Assembly (NCBI RefSeq): GCF_001194135.2
Contig: NC_068981.1
Span: forward strand, 150,800,556 to 150,864,555
Origin: Octopus bimaculoides
Taxonomy: Eukaryota
Direction: 5' to 3'
DNA length: 64,000 nt
Part shown: positions 37,961-51,902 of the stretch, in pieces
Position numbering within the stretch: the stretch's first letter is position 1
Layout of the letters: each line of letters starts with the position of its first letter
Position numbers and translations under genes: made by a program
Notes under the pieces: model-generated
Told to the model about the DNA's origin: nothing
The model's input: the letters and a program-made list of their open reading frames with translations, nothing else
Databases searched by the model: none

Positions 37961-40587
37961 TGAACTCTGGTTCCACAGTTTCCATCTACCAAATTCAAGT
38001 GGTTGCTAAGTGAGTATAGTGAAGTTAGCAAATTTTTTCTGTTTGATGAAGAGATTTGCTTGAAATTTAAAAATTCTCAGACACACACACATGATGGACT
38101 TAGTAGCCAATAATATATCACTCACAAGGCATTGGTCAACCTGGTGCTATGGAAGAGAACACTTAACCAAGGGGCTAAGCAATAGGATTGAACCCAGAAT
38201 CATGAGGTTCAAAATTAACTTCTTAGCCACACTGCTACACCTACTCTCATGCAAGATATTAATAACTTTATTTTCTGTGAAACAAAAAGAATAGAATCCA
38301 ACCAGGCAGATGGAGCTAAGAAAGATTTGTGTGAAACAATATAAATAGCTTTAATCAAGCTTGAATTTATGACCTGCAGGTTTGACCAACATTTAACCTT
38401 TGCTATACATAATGGAGAATTAAAGTACAAAGAGCAACAAATATACAAACACTGTTTAATAAAGAGTGTTATTTTTGCTTCATATATATATCATCATTTC
38501 AACTTCCACTTCCATGCTTTCATAAGGTGTATAGAGGTTTTTGTGGTAGATTTTAAACAACCAGATTCCCTTCTCATCAATGCTTACCTATTTCCAAGCA
38601 AGGCAATATTTCTCCATGAACTGATATGTTTTTACAGAATTTTGGAAATGAATGACATTCATTAACAATCACATGATGTCAAGACAAGGAGACATAAACA
38701 CATACACTCACACACATACATGAACACACATGATGAGTTACTATTAGTTTTTGTCTCTGAAATCCACTCACAAAGCTTTGGTCAGTACAGAGCTGCAGTG
38801 TAACACATTTGCCAAAGGTGCCATGCAGTGAGGCTTAACTTGGAACCATGTGGTTGGGAAGCAAACCTCTCAACAACAAAGCCATTCCTTTACACATCCA
38901 AAAAACAAAGAACAAACACAAAAAAACAACAATGTGAAGACATGGTACATGTAAAGTATTAGCAGACGCTCAGGGAAGGACAATATAACCAATACACATC
39001 AGACTAATTATTGTTACAACTATACATCACAATATCATCAACTCCACAAACCAAACTGGCTAGAAATAATAGTCAAATCTTCCTCAAATTATACAATACC
39101 ATCTTAAGAAAAAGAACAAGCTGGATAACATGATGCTAATGTTCCCTGTACATAGGAAAAGAAAAAAAGGTTGGCCATGGGTAAAATATCTTTTATCATA
39201 GATCTGCAGGGCCAGGACTGAGAAGGAAATAAACAATACTGACAATATACACATACATTCTTAAACAACTGCCCACCCACCCATACAGACACAGACACAC
39301 ACATACAAGCTATCACTTGACAATTTGGAAGCAAATATTCTGAACTTCATAATTAAATAATAGGATAAATAATGTCATGAAAAAATATAAAGAAAATTCT
39401 TAAAAGAAAAAAATAGACAGAAAAGGAAAAAAAAAATTAAAGAAAATATAAAGAAAAATACAAACGTTGAAGGCTTTACACAAGAGCAAGTGGCTATTTA
39501 TATAAACGGTTGGCCTTGCTCCTAATTAGACACAAGTACAAACTCAGCAAATTACATTTTGGTGGGTTAGCTATATGGTTAGAAGAAAGCAAATAAGAAT
39601 TGTTCATTAATCAGCTAAACTAAATCCCACTCTTTACAATGGACCATTTACCAAAGTTGACTTGCAATACAGTTAATTTGGTGGAAATTGAACTTCAAAA
39701 AGAAGTCAGTGAATAGTCAAACATTAGAAATTAATTATTTGTGGAAGTTGTGGAATTTTATAAATACAGTAAAAACTAGCAATGACAGCAACAATCTTCT
39801 TTTATTTGCCACAGGGGTGTTGGATAAAGAAGACATTACAGGGACAAGTTACAATTTGTTGGGGAATTACATAACATTGAGTGAGGAGGAAAATCATGGA
39901 GTACCCCACTCTACCTGAGAAGAAGCAGTAGATGATGAGAAATTATAAAGACAGGCTATAAAAAGAAAGAAAAGAGGGAAAAGTGGTATATGCAATATTC
40001 AAGAGTGTATTTTAGACATAAGAGTACAGAACTACTCCTAAGAGTCAATCAAGGAACCCAGCATGTTCATATTACCCAATCTCTAAGCAGAGGCGGTACC
40101 AGCAGACAGACCACATGAACAGTGGACTACATCTTATCTACAAGTAAAAAGTGCTTTGATGTAGTCAGGAGAAAAAGGGGTATAGCACAACACTCAGGTG
40201 AAATATGATACAAATGTTTATTATGACTGCCACATTCTCAGGGACCATGTCCTCTCAATCTATATCTGAGTGAGACTGGCCATCCAGTTCATTACTTTGT
40301 CCCAATTATGATCTACCTGGAGGTACAGACCAAACATGCCTCCAAACAACAGAAACAGTTCAGGTCTCCAAGGTGTACAGTTCAAAATATTTGTTACTGC
40401 CTCTGGGATCTGCAACCATGACTCCAACAAGTATTCATTTAGTCTGACCAAGGAGTAAAATTTTTTATTAGCCACAGGAATGATGGATGAGGATACATCA
40501 TTAAGAGAAATGACAAAAAAAAAATGCTAGGAGTTTACACAAAATCAATTATGGAAAACAGGCATGGAAAATAGTACACAAAAGAAA

Positions 40588-40628
40588 TCTCTGTACTGTT
40601 TCAATTTTTGTATATGTACTGCAAAAGC
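40588..40628 (-). pseudogene. Truncated U6 snRNA fragment (about nt 7-47)
   Basis: GCTTTTGCAGTACATATACAAAAATTGAAACAGTACAGAGA matches recalled human U6 nt 7-47 at 34 of 41 positions and ends at the ACAGAGA box. Confidence 0.6.
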
Positions 40629-41151
40629 TAAAACACAAAAGAATGATGATGTTCAAGTTCAAATGAGATGTTCAAATAGAGGGACAAATACCTAAAGTTA
40701 CTTCAGAACCTCACAGATCCAGGATTACTTGACTACTAAGGATAATTACTACCTCCCATTTGTATTGTTAAGCCTACAAGTGCATGCATAGAATAAGTTC
40801 ATTCACCCATACCAGTCTCACTACACTTACACACCTTTCAGCTAATTAACTAGAGAGCAGCACTCCCTTTCTACCTTCACCTTCCTCTCTAGGTGTAAAA
40901 ATACACAAGTGAGTGCTGCAAGGTAATTTTTCTGATATTCTCTTGACACCTTCCCACACACACACACACACAAGGTTAAAAACATTCTAATCTCTAACAT
41001 AGGGATAAGGAAGTAAATAACTGAAGGAAGTGGTTATTGCTGATTGCATTGACCTGGGTTTCACTGGTTTTTATTTTAACAACATAAATAAGCATCATAA
41101 ATAAGCACAGGCACAAGGACTCAAATCTTTGGGGAGTGGGACACAATTATA

Positions 41152-41278
41152 TAGGGTGTCCACAATGTCTGGGTATATGGTGATTAACACATACTTTCAG
41201 AAATTATTATTTCTTATATTTAATTGTTTATGTTATGATTTTATTTACTCCATGTAGCCAGACTTTGTGGACACCCTG
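41152..41278. mobile_element. 127-bp Tc1/mariner-type MITE, copy 1
   Basis: TA|tagggtgtccacaatgtctgggta ... tagccagactttgtggacaccctg|TA; same element, inverted, at 63091-63217. Confidence 0.9.
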
Positions 41279-41974
41279 TAGATTATATCAATCATGACAA
41301 GTAATTTATTCTATCAAAGTCAGAAGGATGAAAGACAAGGTTAGCCTTGGTAAGATTTGAGCTCAGAATGTACAAGGACATAGTGAAATATCTCAAGACA
41401 TATAATTTGTCAATCCATCACCATAAGAGCAACAACAATAATCTTCATCATCATTTAACCTCTATCTTTCATATTGGCATGGATTGGCTAGTTTGACAGC
41501 CAGACAACAGCACCAAGCACCATTGTTTGCTCTGGCATGGATTCTACAGTCAGATGCCCTTCCTAACACTAACCACTTTACAGAGTGTACTGGGTACTTT
41601 TTATGTGGTACCAGCACCGGTGCTTTTTATGTGGCAAGGCCAACAATTCTAGAGGCAGAGGACAAGTTAATTACATTGACTCTAGTAATTGGATGGTACT
41701 TTATTTTATCAATCCCGAAAGGATGATAGGCAAGCTGACCTTGACAGGATTTGGGATCAGAAGGTAAAGAGCTCAAAAAAATATGGCTAGGTATTTTGTC
41801 CAACTCTCTAACATTTCTGCCAGCTACCACCATAATAGTAATAATAATAATAATAATAATATGTTGCTTGGATGTTAAGTATCATTGTGAGGCTCTTGGC
41901 AGCAGGTTGTTGTCTGTTCTTACAGAATTAGCCGGAGAAAGTGAAATCAAGAGCTCTGAAAAATGAATTATATA

Positions 41975-42345
41975 ATAATAATAATAATTATTATTATTAT
42001 TGTTCTTATTCTAAAAAGACTCTCAGTTTTTAATTACTGGTTATTCTTTACTTGAACACAGGCAATAACAAATTACCAAAAGTTTCAAGTAGCGCCTTCT
42101 TCAGCGACTCAAAGACACAATACTCTCCTTAGAATGCAAGCTGTACCCAACAATGTTGTCTTCTGGATCACCTCGCGCCTCACAGCAGCTCCAATATTCT
42201 TAATATGTTTTTCAAAGCCCTTGGAAATCTGCTCCTAATGCTCCAATTACCACCGGTATCACCATTACTTTACTCATGCCCCATAACTTGCCTATCTCGT
42301 CCCACAGTAGCTGGTATTCCTCAATCTTTTCTGTTTCCTTACATT
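41975..42345 (-). pseudogene. 3' fragment of an R4/Dong-like RLE retrotransposon ending in (AAT)n
   Basis: IEEYQLLWDEIGKLWGMSKVMVIPVVIGALG, then after a frameshift FEKHIKNIGAAVRREVIQKTTLLGTACILRRVL*, a short UTR and (AAT)n. Confidence 0.85.
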
Positions 42346-43663
42346 ATTATCATCATCATCATCATCATTATTCTTTCAACTTTAGGCACAAAGCCAGAAA
42401 TCTTGGGGGAGGAGTTAGTTGATTACACTGATCCCAGGACTCAACTGGTACTTTATCAACACCCAAAAGACGAAAGGGAAAATTGACCTGGGCAGAATTT
42501 GATCTCAGAAAGTAACGATTCAGAATAAAAACAGCAAAGCATTTTGGTGACCCTCCAACAATTCCTTCAATCCAGCAACCTTAAAAAAATCCTAATTTAG
42601 GCACAAGGCTGAAAAATTTCAGAGGAGGGAGTTAATAAACTAAACTGACTTCAATATTCAACTGATACTATAGTTTATCATTTGGAGAGAGATAAAAAAT
42701 AAAGTTGACCTTGGTATGATATGAACTCAGAAAGAAAAATCATAACTAAATAACACATATATTTTTGTCTGATGCTCAAACAATTTTGACAATCCACCAT
42801 CTTTATCAATAATTTTAAATTGATTTCTACCATTAGCATGGCCACACCGTTTGGGGTAGTGTATAGTCAATTAAATTTATTTCAGTATTTGATTGATACT
42901 TCATTTTATCGACCCCACCAGACAGATGAAAGGTAAAGTTAATCTCAGCAGGATTTAATAATATTAATTATTTTCACAACTATTTTAATCAATCCAGCTA
43001 TTTGACTGGTACTTATTTTATCAACCTTAGAAGAATAAAAAGCAAACTTGACCTTAGCAGGATGTGAACACAAATCATAAAACTGCAACTAAACACTTTG
43101 ATGCATTTTTTTTTCTCCTCTGCTGATTCTGCCCATTTTCAGTCCTGATAAATCAATAATAATATTGATAAATTAGGAAAGAAAAAAAAAAAAAGAAAAA
43201 CAAATCAAGGTAAGAGATCCCTGATGAATTTTAAAATATGATGAAACTAGTTTGTTTGATCGTCACTCTAGGCTGACAAAAGCCTAATGATGTAACCAAT
43301 GGACTCAAATGTATATACTCAAGTACAATGTGACCTCAAATATAATATGACCCCATATTTTGTACCTAAAAGCCAGTAATCTTTTTTATCTTATCTTTTA
43401 TTTTATGCATGGGTATAATGCTATTCAAATCCCACCACAATCACCACTTTTGACTTCTTTATCAAAATTTCTCAACGTATACGCAATATAGTATTTTTAC
43501 AGCTTGCCTAAATATGTATGTTAGCTATACATGAATATGACATTATATATTTATTGTTAGTTTTAGTTTACTTAATAGACTGGAATATTAATAAACAGTT
43601 AATAGTTTGCATTTTGATTATATATATAGCTTTTAATAAACTATTTCATTCATTAATTCTTGT

Positions 43664-43745
<82 letters not shown>

Positions 43746-45493
43746 CTGTTGTTATTTAGCTCCAAGTCAGGTTTAATCAAGCATCTTTTTGTGTATCTAG
43801 GATTAAATCATTCGTTGTCCTATTGTTAAGACTGTCAAGCATGATTTAAGGGAGGTTTGATTGCTATTTCTATATTTCTAGCAGGTCAAACAACTACAGT
43901 CTCATGCATTGTTTTTTTTTTTTTAATTCTTACAAATTCAATTTTATAAAATGTAATTAACAAAGCATTTTATTTACTAATTTGAGTTACAATTTCTAGA
44001 GGTGGTTGTTATTGTTGTTGCTATGGTAACTACTGAAGAGCTACTGAAGCAAGCAGTGATGTTACTGCTATCATAGCAACTGTTATAGCTGATATCCTAG
44101 CGACTGTGGTAATGGTTGCCTTCGTAACTGTAGCAACTGTTGGTTGTTTGTTTATTGCTAGATCTTTCATTGAACAGACCTGTGATCAAAGGCTTTCCAA
44201 CCATAGCAATCCAATTTCTTTTATATCATATGGACTACATTGTCCAATTTGTCTTTTTTAAGGTAGTCAGGTACCATTTTAGGGGGGAAATTTGCCAGCT
44301 ATTTCCAGCGGGTCAAGCAACCATATTGATGTTCCACCATAAACTCATTACAGTAGCAGTTTCTGTTAAAGTAGATGTTATTCTTTAACCCTAGGTTTAC
44401 ACTGAACAAAGATATATGATTAAAGGCACTTAGACAGTCCATTGAAATTTTTTTTTTTACTCTTACAGACTGCATTGTGCAATGTGTCCCACCTTTTTTT
44501 TTTAAACAGATATAATGTGGTAGCTACTTTTAGCAGTTCTAGCAACCACATCAAGGCTTCCTTGCTAACTTGCCATAGCGTTTACTGTAATAGCTATGGT
44601 AGGTATTACAACATCTAAAATACAAACACAAACCAATGCCAAAGCCTCTATTCAGTCACCTGTCCTACTAGAAATAGCAACTAAGAATTTTACTTAAAAT
44701 TCAACATTTTTGTATTGAAAAGGAAAGGAACTAATCGATAATAGAGTTCTAAACAGACAATGTCTGTAAAAAAAATAATTCCTGGCTCAACCAGAACAGC
44801 TTTGGTCATATGTTAATTCACCAATAGCTGACCTGTGGTTAAACCACAACACACTACAATGTCATAATGCCATAACAACTCCACAATGAAGGAAACTGTA
44901 TGACTGTTTGATTTGCTAAAAATAGCAGTCAAATTTTCTTCAGAATCACACACTATGGTTTTGACAAAAGGTGGACATCATCATCTTCATTGTTTAATGT
45001 TTGGCTTCCATATTGATATGAGTTGTATGGCTTGACAGGATCTGACAGGTTGGGGGACTGTATTGAGCATTAATGTCTGCTTTGGCATAGTTTCTACTTC
45101 GGTTGGATTCCTCTCCTAATGCCAATCACTTTACAGAGTGTACCGGTTGCCTTTTTCAGGGCACTTGTACGAGTAAAGACCACATTGTAATGTGCAAGAA
45201 TCAGAGCCTAAAATGTTCCTAAAACCAAATGAAAACAGAAGAGAAAGTGTGCAATGATTCTAGGCTGGGAGATGAAGTAGGGACAAGTAAAATGAGGGAG
45301 ATGTATTACATTATTTAGTCTTAGCTATACAAAAGCTTATGTATATAAACAACTTTCTTAGGAGCATTCCAATCTACAAGATAAATTAATATAGTACTTG
45401 AGTAAATAAATGAGGTCCTATAGTGGAAGACTGAACTGATGATCAAATGAACTAGTTTCATCTTACATTTAAAACTCACCAGAGACCGCTTAC

Positions 45494-45529
45494 CTCTGCC
45501 TCATACACTGCTGAAGAAACCTAACAGAG
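45494..45529 (-). CDS. Candidate 36-nt internal exon (xSVRFLQQCMRQx), product unknown
   Basis: catatttttattatgcag|...GGCAGAG|gtaagc; one open frame (phase 2/2); a second donor gtgagt lies 14 nt further on. Confidence 0.4.
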
Positions 45530-46339
45530 CTGCATAATAAAAATATGAAGATTGTGGTTGGCAAAAATCATTTAAATAATGGTACGTGGTTGACAACTGA
45601 AGATTAATAACTACAGAAAATGTACGGCATGGGTTACAAAGAGCATGAATAAGAAGTCGCATGTATATTTTTGATAAACATATATATAGTATTGCTATGA
45701 GAAACAGGTACAATAGTTAAATAAATCCTTTCTACTATAGGCATAAGGCTGGAAACTTTGAGAGAGATGGGCACATAAATGACATCAATCACAGTGCTTG
45801 AGTGGTACTTAATTTATCGACCCTAAAAAGGATATAAGACAAAGTCATATGTTAACACTAAAATTTACTTCTTGCTTTTCAGATGAATGCAGAAGGTGTC
45901 TTGAACTCTTTAATTTCTAATAGGAAACAATCTGAGACAAATGTTACCATCAGCATCTATTAAAAAACAAACTCAAGTTAAAAATAGCCAGAAAATATGG
46001 ATGCCATTTTAGAAAATACATTTACATTACAAAAATTTGGTTTTGAGGCTTTCGAGAATAATTGCTGGAAATTGAATGTTATAAGCTACTTAGCAGCAAA
46101 GGAAAATAAAAATATATATGCTTGAACACACAAACACACATATATGATACATATAGATTTATGTATACATAAATACAAACACACCCATATCTACACACAT
46201 ACATAGATAACCACATATACACACATATACATACACATATTTATACACACACACATAAATACTAATATTTATACACACACATATCCACATCTTTATAGGC
46301 CTATCTTTCAGCTTCATATCTCTTTTTACTATACCATTC

Positions 46340-46620
46340 CATCACCATGTCACCTTCTGTCTAATTGGAACCTTGTTCCAACCAGACATCTGACCTGTAA
46401 ATTGTAGTAGGCAGTCTCATAGCAACTACCTCCTTACCCTTCTTGTCATACATATCAACCAGCACTTCCTGGATCCTACATATTACTGAAGGATTTTTCA
46501 GCTTCCATACCTTCCTTCCTCTAATGATCTTACTCTTACACTGAAGTCTCTGATCACAAGTCCAGAGTACACAGAGAAATACAGTCTTCACTGGGAAAGC
46601 ACTTAATATTTGCAATCAGT
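46340..46620 (-). pseudogene. Decayed RTE LINE linker fragment
   Basis: RKVWKLKNPSVICRIQEVL resembles the R..WKLKDP...RF motif after the RTE endonuclease. Confidence 0.45.
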
Positions 46621-47014
46621 TTTCTATTCCACTTCATGAAGCCTTTATAGCTTGTGTACCAGTTTCCTAAAGGAAGTGATGCTGATGGCAAGGTAGTGTG
46701 GCTGATGATACACTCATGCTGGCACTATGTAAATGCACCCATGCCAGTGGCATGGAAAAAGTACCTAGTACACTTTGTAAAGTGGTTGGCATTAGAAAGG
46801 GTATCCAGTTGTAGAACCAATTCCACAACAGACAATTGGAATTTGGACAGCTCCCTGGCTGGTCAGCCCCATCAAACCATCCAACTCATGCCAGCATGGA
46901 AAACAGACATAAAAAAATGATGATGATGAGTGAGACACCTTCAGCAAGTGTTTGCTACTATATCCCCAGATCAACCAAAACCTCATGAGTGGATTTGGTA
47001 TAATAGCTCCGCAG

Positions 47015-47290
47015 TCTGGACTGGCTCTTGTGCGGGTGGCACATAAAATACACCATTTTGAGCATGGCCGTTGCCAGTACCGCCTGACTGGCCTTCGTGC
47101 AGGCGACACGTAAAAGCACCCACTACACTCTCGGAGTGGTTGGCGTTAGGAAGGGCATCCAGCTGTAGAAACTCTGCCAAATCAGATTGGAGCCTGGTGT
47201 AGCCATCTGGTTTCACCAGTCCTCAGTCAAATCGTCCAACCCATGCTAGCATGGAAAGCGAACGTTAAACGATGATGATGATGATGATGA
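47015..47290 (+). mobile_element. Young SINE family D copy nested in a family A head
   Basis: Splits gtggatttggta (left) from aaactgaaagaagcc (right), which are nearly contiguous in family A. Confidence 0.85.
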
Positions 47291-47665
47291 AACTGAAAGA
47301 AGCCTGTTGTATATATATGTATGTGTCTTACTGACTTCTTGTCTTGATTTTATGCAATAGTTGCAAATGAATGTCACCATCATGCAAGTGGTATCCTTCA
47401 TTTCCAATGATTGTGAAAACATGTCAAGTCATGCGGAATATTACCCTACTTGGAAACAGGTGAGGGTCAGTGAAAGGAAGGGCATCTAGCTGTACAAAAA
47501 AATCCATTTCAGCAAATTCTATCTGACCCATGCAAGTATGGAAAAGTAGATGTTAAATGATGATGATGTAGTCTGCAAGACAGTCTCATAGAACTGATCC
47601 TTTTTGCTCAATTACTAAACTATGACTAGCATCTGCTAAATTAATTGAATATTTGCTAATTTCAC

Positions 47666-47712
<47 letters not shown>

Positions 47713-48696
47713 CGTAGAGAACATAGAGATGCTAGACAGTAAGAATAAAAAGATAGAAGATGCTACTGAAATTTTAGGAAACAGTTGCTGAAATAACATA
47801 GAAACATCTGTTTTAAGTTGATGTTCCTTGTTTAGCTTTCAAGAAAATGATTCCCTGATGATTATAACAGCAGCAGCTACATCAATTGTTAGAATACTAG
47901 CAGAAATGCAAACTCTCTTTGAAGTTAATTATCAATGGCAATTGCTGTTTTCATCTTCACAAGCTTGTTGCCATTTAATCGCACATCAACCTTCGCTGAG
48001 CAGACTTATAAACAAGAGCAATCCAGCCTTGACCACCCTGTCATCATTTTATCTGTATCTAGAATTACATTACCTGATGTGTTATTTCCATCTTAAAGAG
48101 AACAGGTAGAAGTGTAGTGTTTTGAGGGATTTTGGCTGCCATCTCTAGCAGATTCAGCAACCACAGAGGTGATCGTGTGAATATTATAACTGCTCTTGTT
48201 TATGTTCTTTAGCCTTTATTGTCAAGGATGTTGTTCTTTAGCCTCTATTGTCAAAGGCAGTCCATCCATGACTATTCCATTTTATTTTTAAGAGGTACAT
48301 TATCCAAGCGTCTTTCTTTTTATTTATTATTTGTGTTATTGTAGAGTATGATCTAGGAAAGATTTGACTATTGTTTCTAACAGTCGTTTGTAACCCTATG
48401 TTAGCCATAATTCATCAGACCTATGAACAAAGGCATGCCAGTCAAAGTTATTGCTATTTTTTTTTTCAGATATACTTTATCTAAGACCACATTATTTGAT
48501 GTCTCTGTCCTTTACTAAGTTGAAAAAAGGATCTCATTTATGAGAGATTTAGCTGCTATATGTAGCAGGATGAGCTACCACCTAAATCAGTGGCTTTCAA
48601 CCAGGATCCAAATAAAATTTTATTATTAAAATTTATGTGCAATATTTTAATTTCTTTTATACAATTCTTAATATGTAATTATAAAAATAAAGTAAG

Positions 48697-48774
<78 letters not shown>

Positions 48775-49507
48775 GCAAATGGCTATGTATACCCTGTAGA
48801 GTAAAACAGGAATCAAAAGGGGTACATAGGCAAAAAAATGGTTGAAAGCCACTTGTCAAGAGTCCATTTGACTCATTACTGTTTAGCCCCAGTCAGATTT
48901 GATCCAATAGAATTATGATCAAAAGGTGCTCAAAATATAACAATTTTAAAGCATAGTGTATCTAAGACATTATCTTTCATCCCTTCCTTTCTTTCTTTAA
49001 GATGCTTGAGGGATCTAATTAGAAGATTTGGCTGCTATTTTTAACATGTTATACAACAGTAAGAAGATTATCTTCTAGGTACTGCTTCACTGGTGGCATT
49101 ATCCTTTGCACCAGCTGCTCATAATACAGCTATTAGGCAACAGACTATACAGCTATTAGAGAGCAGTTTATATAACTTTCATCCATTTATTATACAGCAG
49201 ATTATAGAACTCTCATATAGGTATTATACAGCAGACTATAAAGCTATTGTACAGCTACATCAGACTACAGAGCTATTATACAGTTATTATACATCAATAA
49301 TTCAGATATTCTACAGCAGATTACAGTTATTATACAGCTGCTTCACAGCAGGTTTAACAGCTGTTATATATCTATTATACTATGCTGCAGATTATACAGA
49401 TTACTAGAGAGTAGATTACGTAGACTATGTACAGCTATTATATTGCAGATTAAACAGCTGTTATGCAGTTACTACACAACAGATTATGCTGCTACTGCTA
49501 CATAGCA

Positions 49508-49885
49508 AATTATCCAGCTACTACATGGAAGATTATCAAGCTACTACACAGTAGATTATCCAGCTGCTACACAGCAGATTATCCAGCTGCTACACAGCAG
49601 ATTATCCAACAACTACTCAGCAGATTATCCAGCAACTACTCAGCAGATTATCCAGCAACTACTCAGCAGATTATCCAGCAACTACTCAGCAGATTATCCA
49701 GCAACTACACAGCAGATTATCCAGCAGCTACACAGCAGATTATCCAGCAACTATACAGCAGATTATCCAGCTGCTACACAGCAGATTATCCAGCAACTAC
49801 ACAGCAGATTATCCAGCTACTACACAGCAGATTATTCAGTTGCTACACAGCAGATTATCCAGCTACTACACAAGAGATTATCTTG
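49508..49885 (+). repeat. 23-bp minisatellite (ctgctacacagcagattatccag-like), about 17 units, with degenerate flank from about 49130
   Basis: gattat recurs in exact 23-bp register from 49531 to 49876. Confidence 0.95.
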
Positions 49886-51004
49886 AAACTTCACAGAAGA
49901 TTATGCAGCTATTATCAAGTTAAAGTAGATAGTACTAAGTGAATAATACAGATCAGAGAATTGGTATTGGTAGAAATAATCATAGTGAAGTACAAATTGG
50001 ATAAATTTGACTTTGAGTTTGTGAGCATATAAAAATAATGGGACCATAGATTCTACACTTCTGATGAAACAATTCCAAAATATCTGGTTATCTAATACAT
50101 GTTGATCTCCAAAGTTCTTTAACACCATCCCATCTTCCATAAATTGATAAGGCATGAAAAATATATGAAGCACTGAGTATCTCAACAGATTGCTATGGCA
50201 ATATATGAGAGAGCTAAATGTTATTGCTTAGTCTCTAATTGATTCTGATTGAGCAGACCAATGATTAAATGCATTTCAGTTGTGACCTTCTAGATGTATC
50301 TAGGACTACATTATCAAATGTGTACTTTCCTTATTTAAGACAGTAGTGCGTGATTTCAGAGAGATTTGGCAGCTATATACTAGCAGGACAAACAAAAATA
50401 TAGATACTCCTTTGCTGGCTTGTTAAGAAAAAATCCAATATTAGCACACAAGAAGACTATTTTCTTGCCCTAAAAACAGAGCCAAATATCCAGTTAACAG
50501 AAGCTAATTTTAACAGTGATCTTTATGCACTTTCTGGTCAAGCAGACCTATGATCAGAAAAGCATTCCAGCTATGAGATGCTTTTTTTTTTCCAGACAGG
50601 TGTGGCTTTGTGGTAAGAACCATCCCACTTCCATTGCGCATGCACACGCACATTCACATACCCCCACCTTTTACATACACACACATATATTCATACAGAG
50701 TTGAAACACTGTTTGATTTATTTTTCTCAGCATACAATTTTCATCATCCCACTACCAAGTATGACATCACCCCTTCCTTTCTCATTCATAAATACAAGAG
50801 TATTATTATAGTAGATTATCTTGGTAACCATGGGAGCTATGAAAAAATACAAAGCCCAGCATCACCACCAGATCATTCTACACATGAGTGTAATTTTTCG
50901 TGCAATTCCACCCAGCCGTTTGACCGTGAATCCCAAGACAAGAAAGAATCACCCATGTCAAATTTATATGTATAGATATATATATATGTATAGATATGTA
51001 TATT

Positions 51005-51041
<37 letters not shown>

Positions 51042-51902
51042 AGATATATATATAAATACATACATACATAGGCATGGGTGTGTTGCAAGAAGCTTGCTTC
51101 CCAACCACATGGTTCCAGGCTCAGTCCCACTGTGTGACACCTTGAGGGCAAGTGTCTTCTACTATAGCCTTACGGTGACCAAAGCCTTGTGAGTAGATTT
51201 GGTAAATGGAAACTAAAAGAAGCCCGTCATATATATATAGTTGTAGGGAAAATAACCAAGTTTCAAGAACTCATCGATATGTGATAGTGGATTTTCATCG
51301 ATGAGTTCTTGAAACTTGGTTATTTTCCCTAAAACTATATATTTTATATATATTTTATCTATAAAGCTCAATTTAATTTTAATTTTTTATAAATTGACTT
51401 TAATTGAGTTTTTACCGGTAATTTTGGATTTTGTCCCTAATATTATTATACATATATATATATATATGTATATATATATGTATGTATGCATGTATGTATG
51501 TATCTATGTGTGAGTGTGTCTGTATTTGTCCCCTATTTGATAACTGGTGTTGGTGTGTTTACATCTCCATAACTTACCAGTTTGGCAAAAGAGACCAATA
51601 AAATAAGTACTCGGCTTAAAAAATAAATCCAGGGGTCAATTTGTACAACTAAAACCCTTCAAGGCAGAGCTCCAGTATAGCCGCAGTCAAATGACAAACA
51701 AATAAAATTTAAAAAAAAAAGAGAATACATATGCATATATTTGTATATAGGCTCATATTAACCAATGTGTCCTTTTATTAAAAAGGTAGAGTGTGCTTTG
51801 AGGTGGATTTGGGACAGATTGATTGTCACAAAATTCTTTTTTCAACATTCTTCTCTAGATCAATCCTCTTTAAGCAAATTTTTAAAAATTCTATACAAGT
51901 GT

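Noticed and set aside
40893-40922. + strand micro-exon with strong acceptor and two donors; similar signals at 14101-14146 and about 22040-22070
   Set aside because: No coherent + strand chain; such signals are expected by chance in 64 kb. Not excluded if RNA-seq shows + strand transcription.
42071-42110. Hammerhead-like CUGAAGA...GAAAC on the minus strand
   Set aside because: No stem I pairing and a weak stem II; lies in the Dong-like 3' UTR.
43215-43260. CTGATGA...GAAACTAGT hammerhead look-alike
   Set aside because: Core boxes are present, but stem I cannot form and stem II is only 2 bp; at most a dead relic.
49463-49942. 159-aa repeat protein ORF
   Set aside because: Follows automatically from a stop-free 23-bp unit; no independent coding evidence, so kept only as a repeat.
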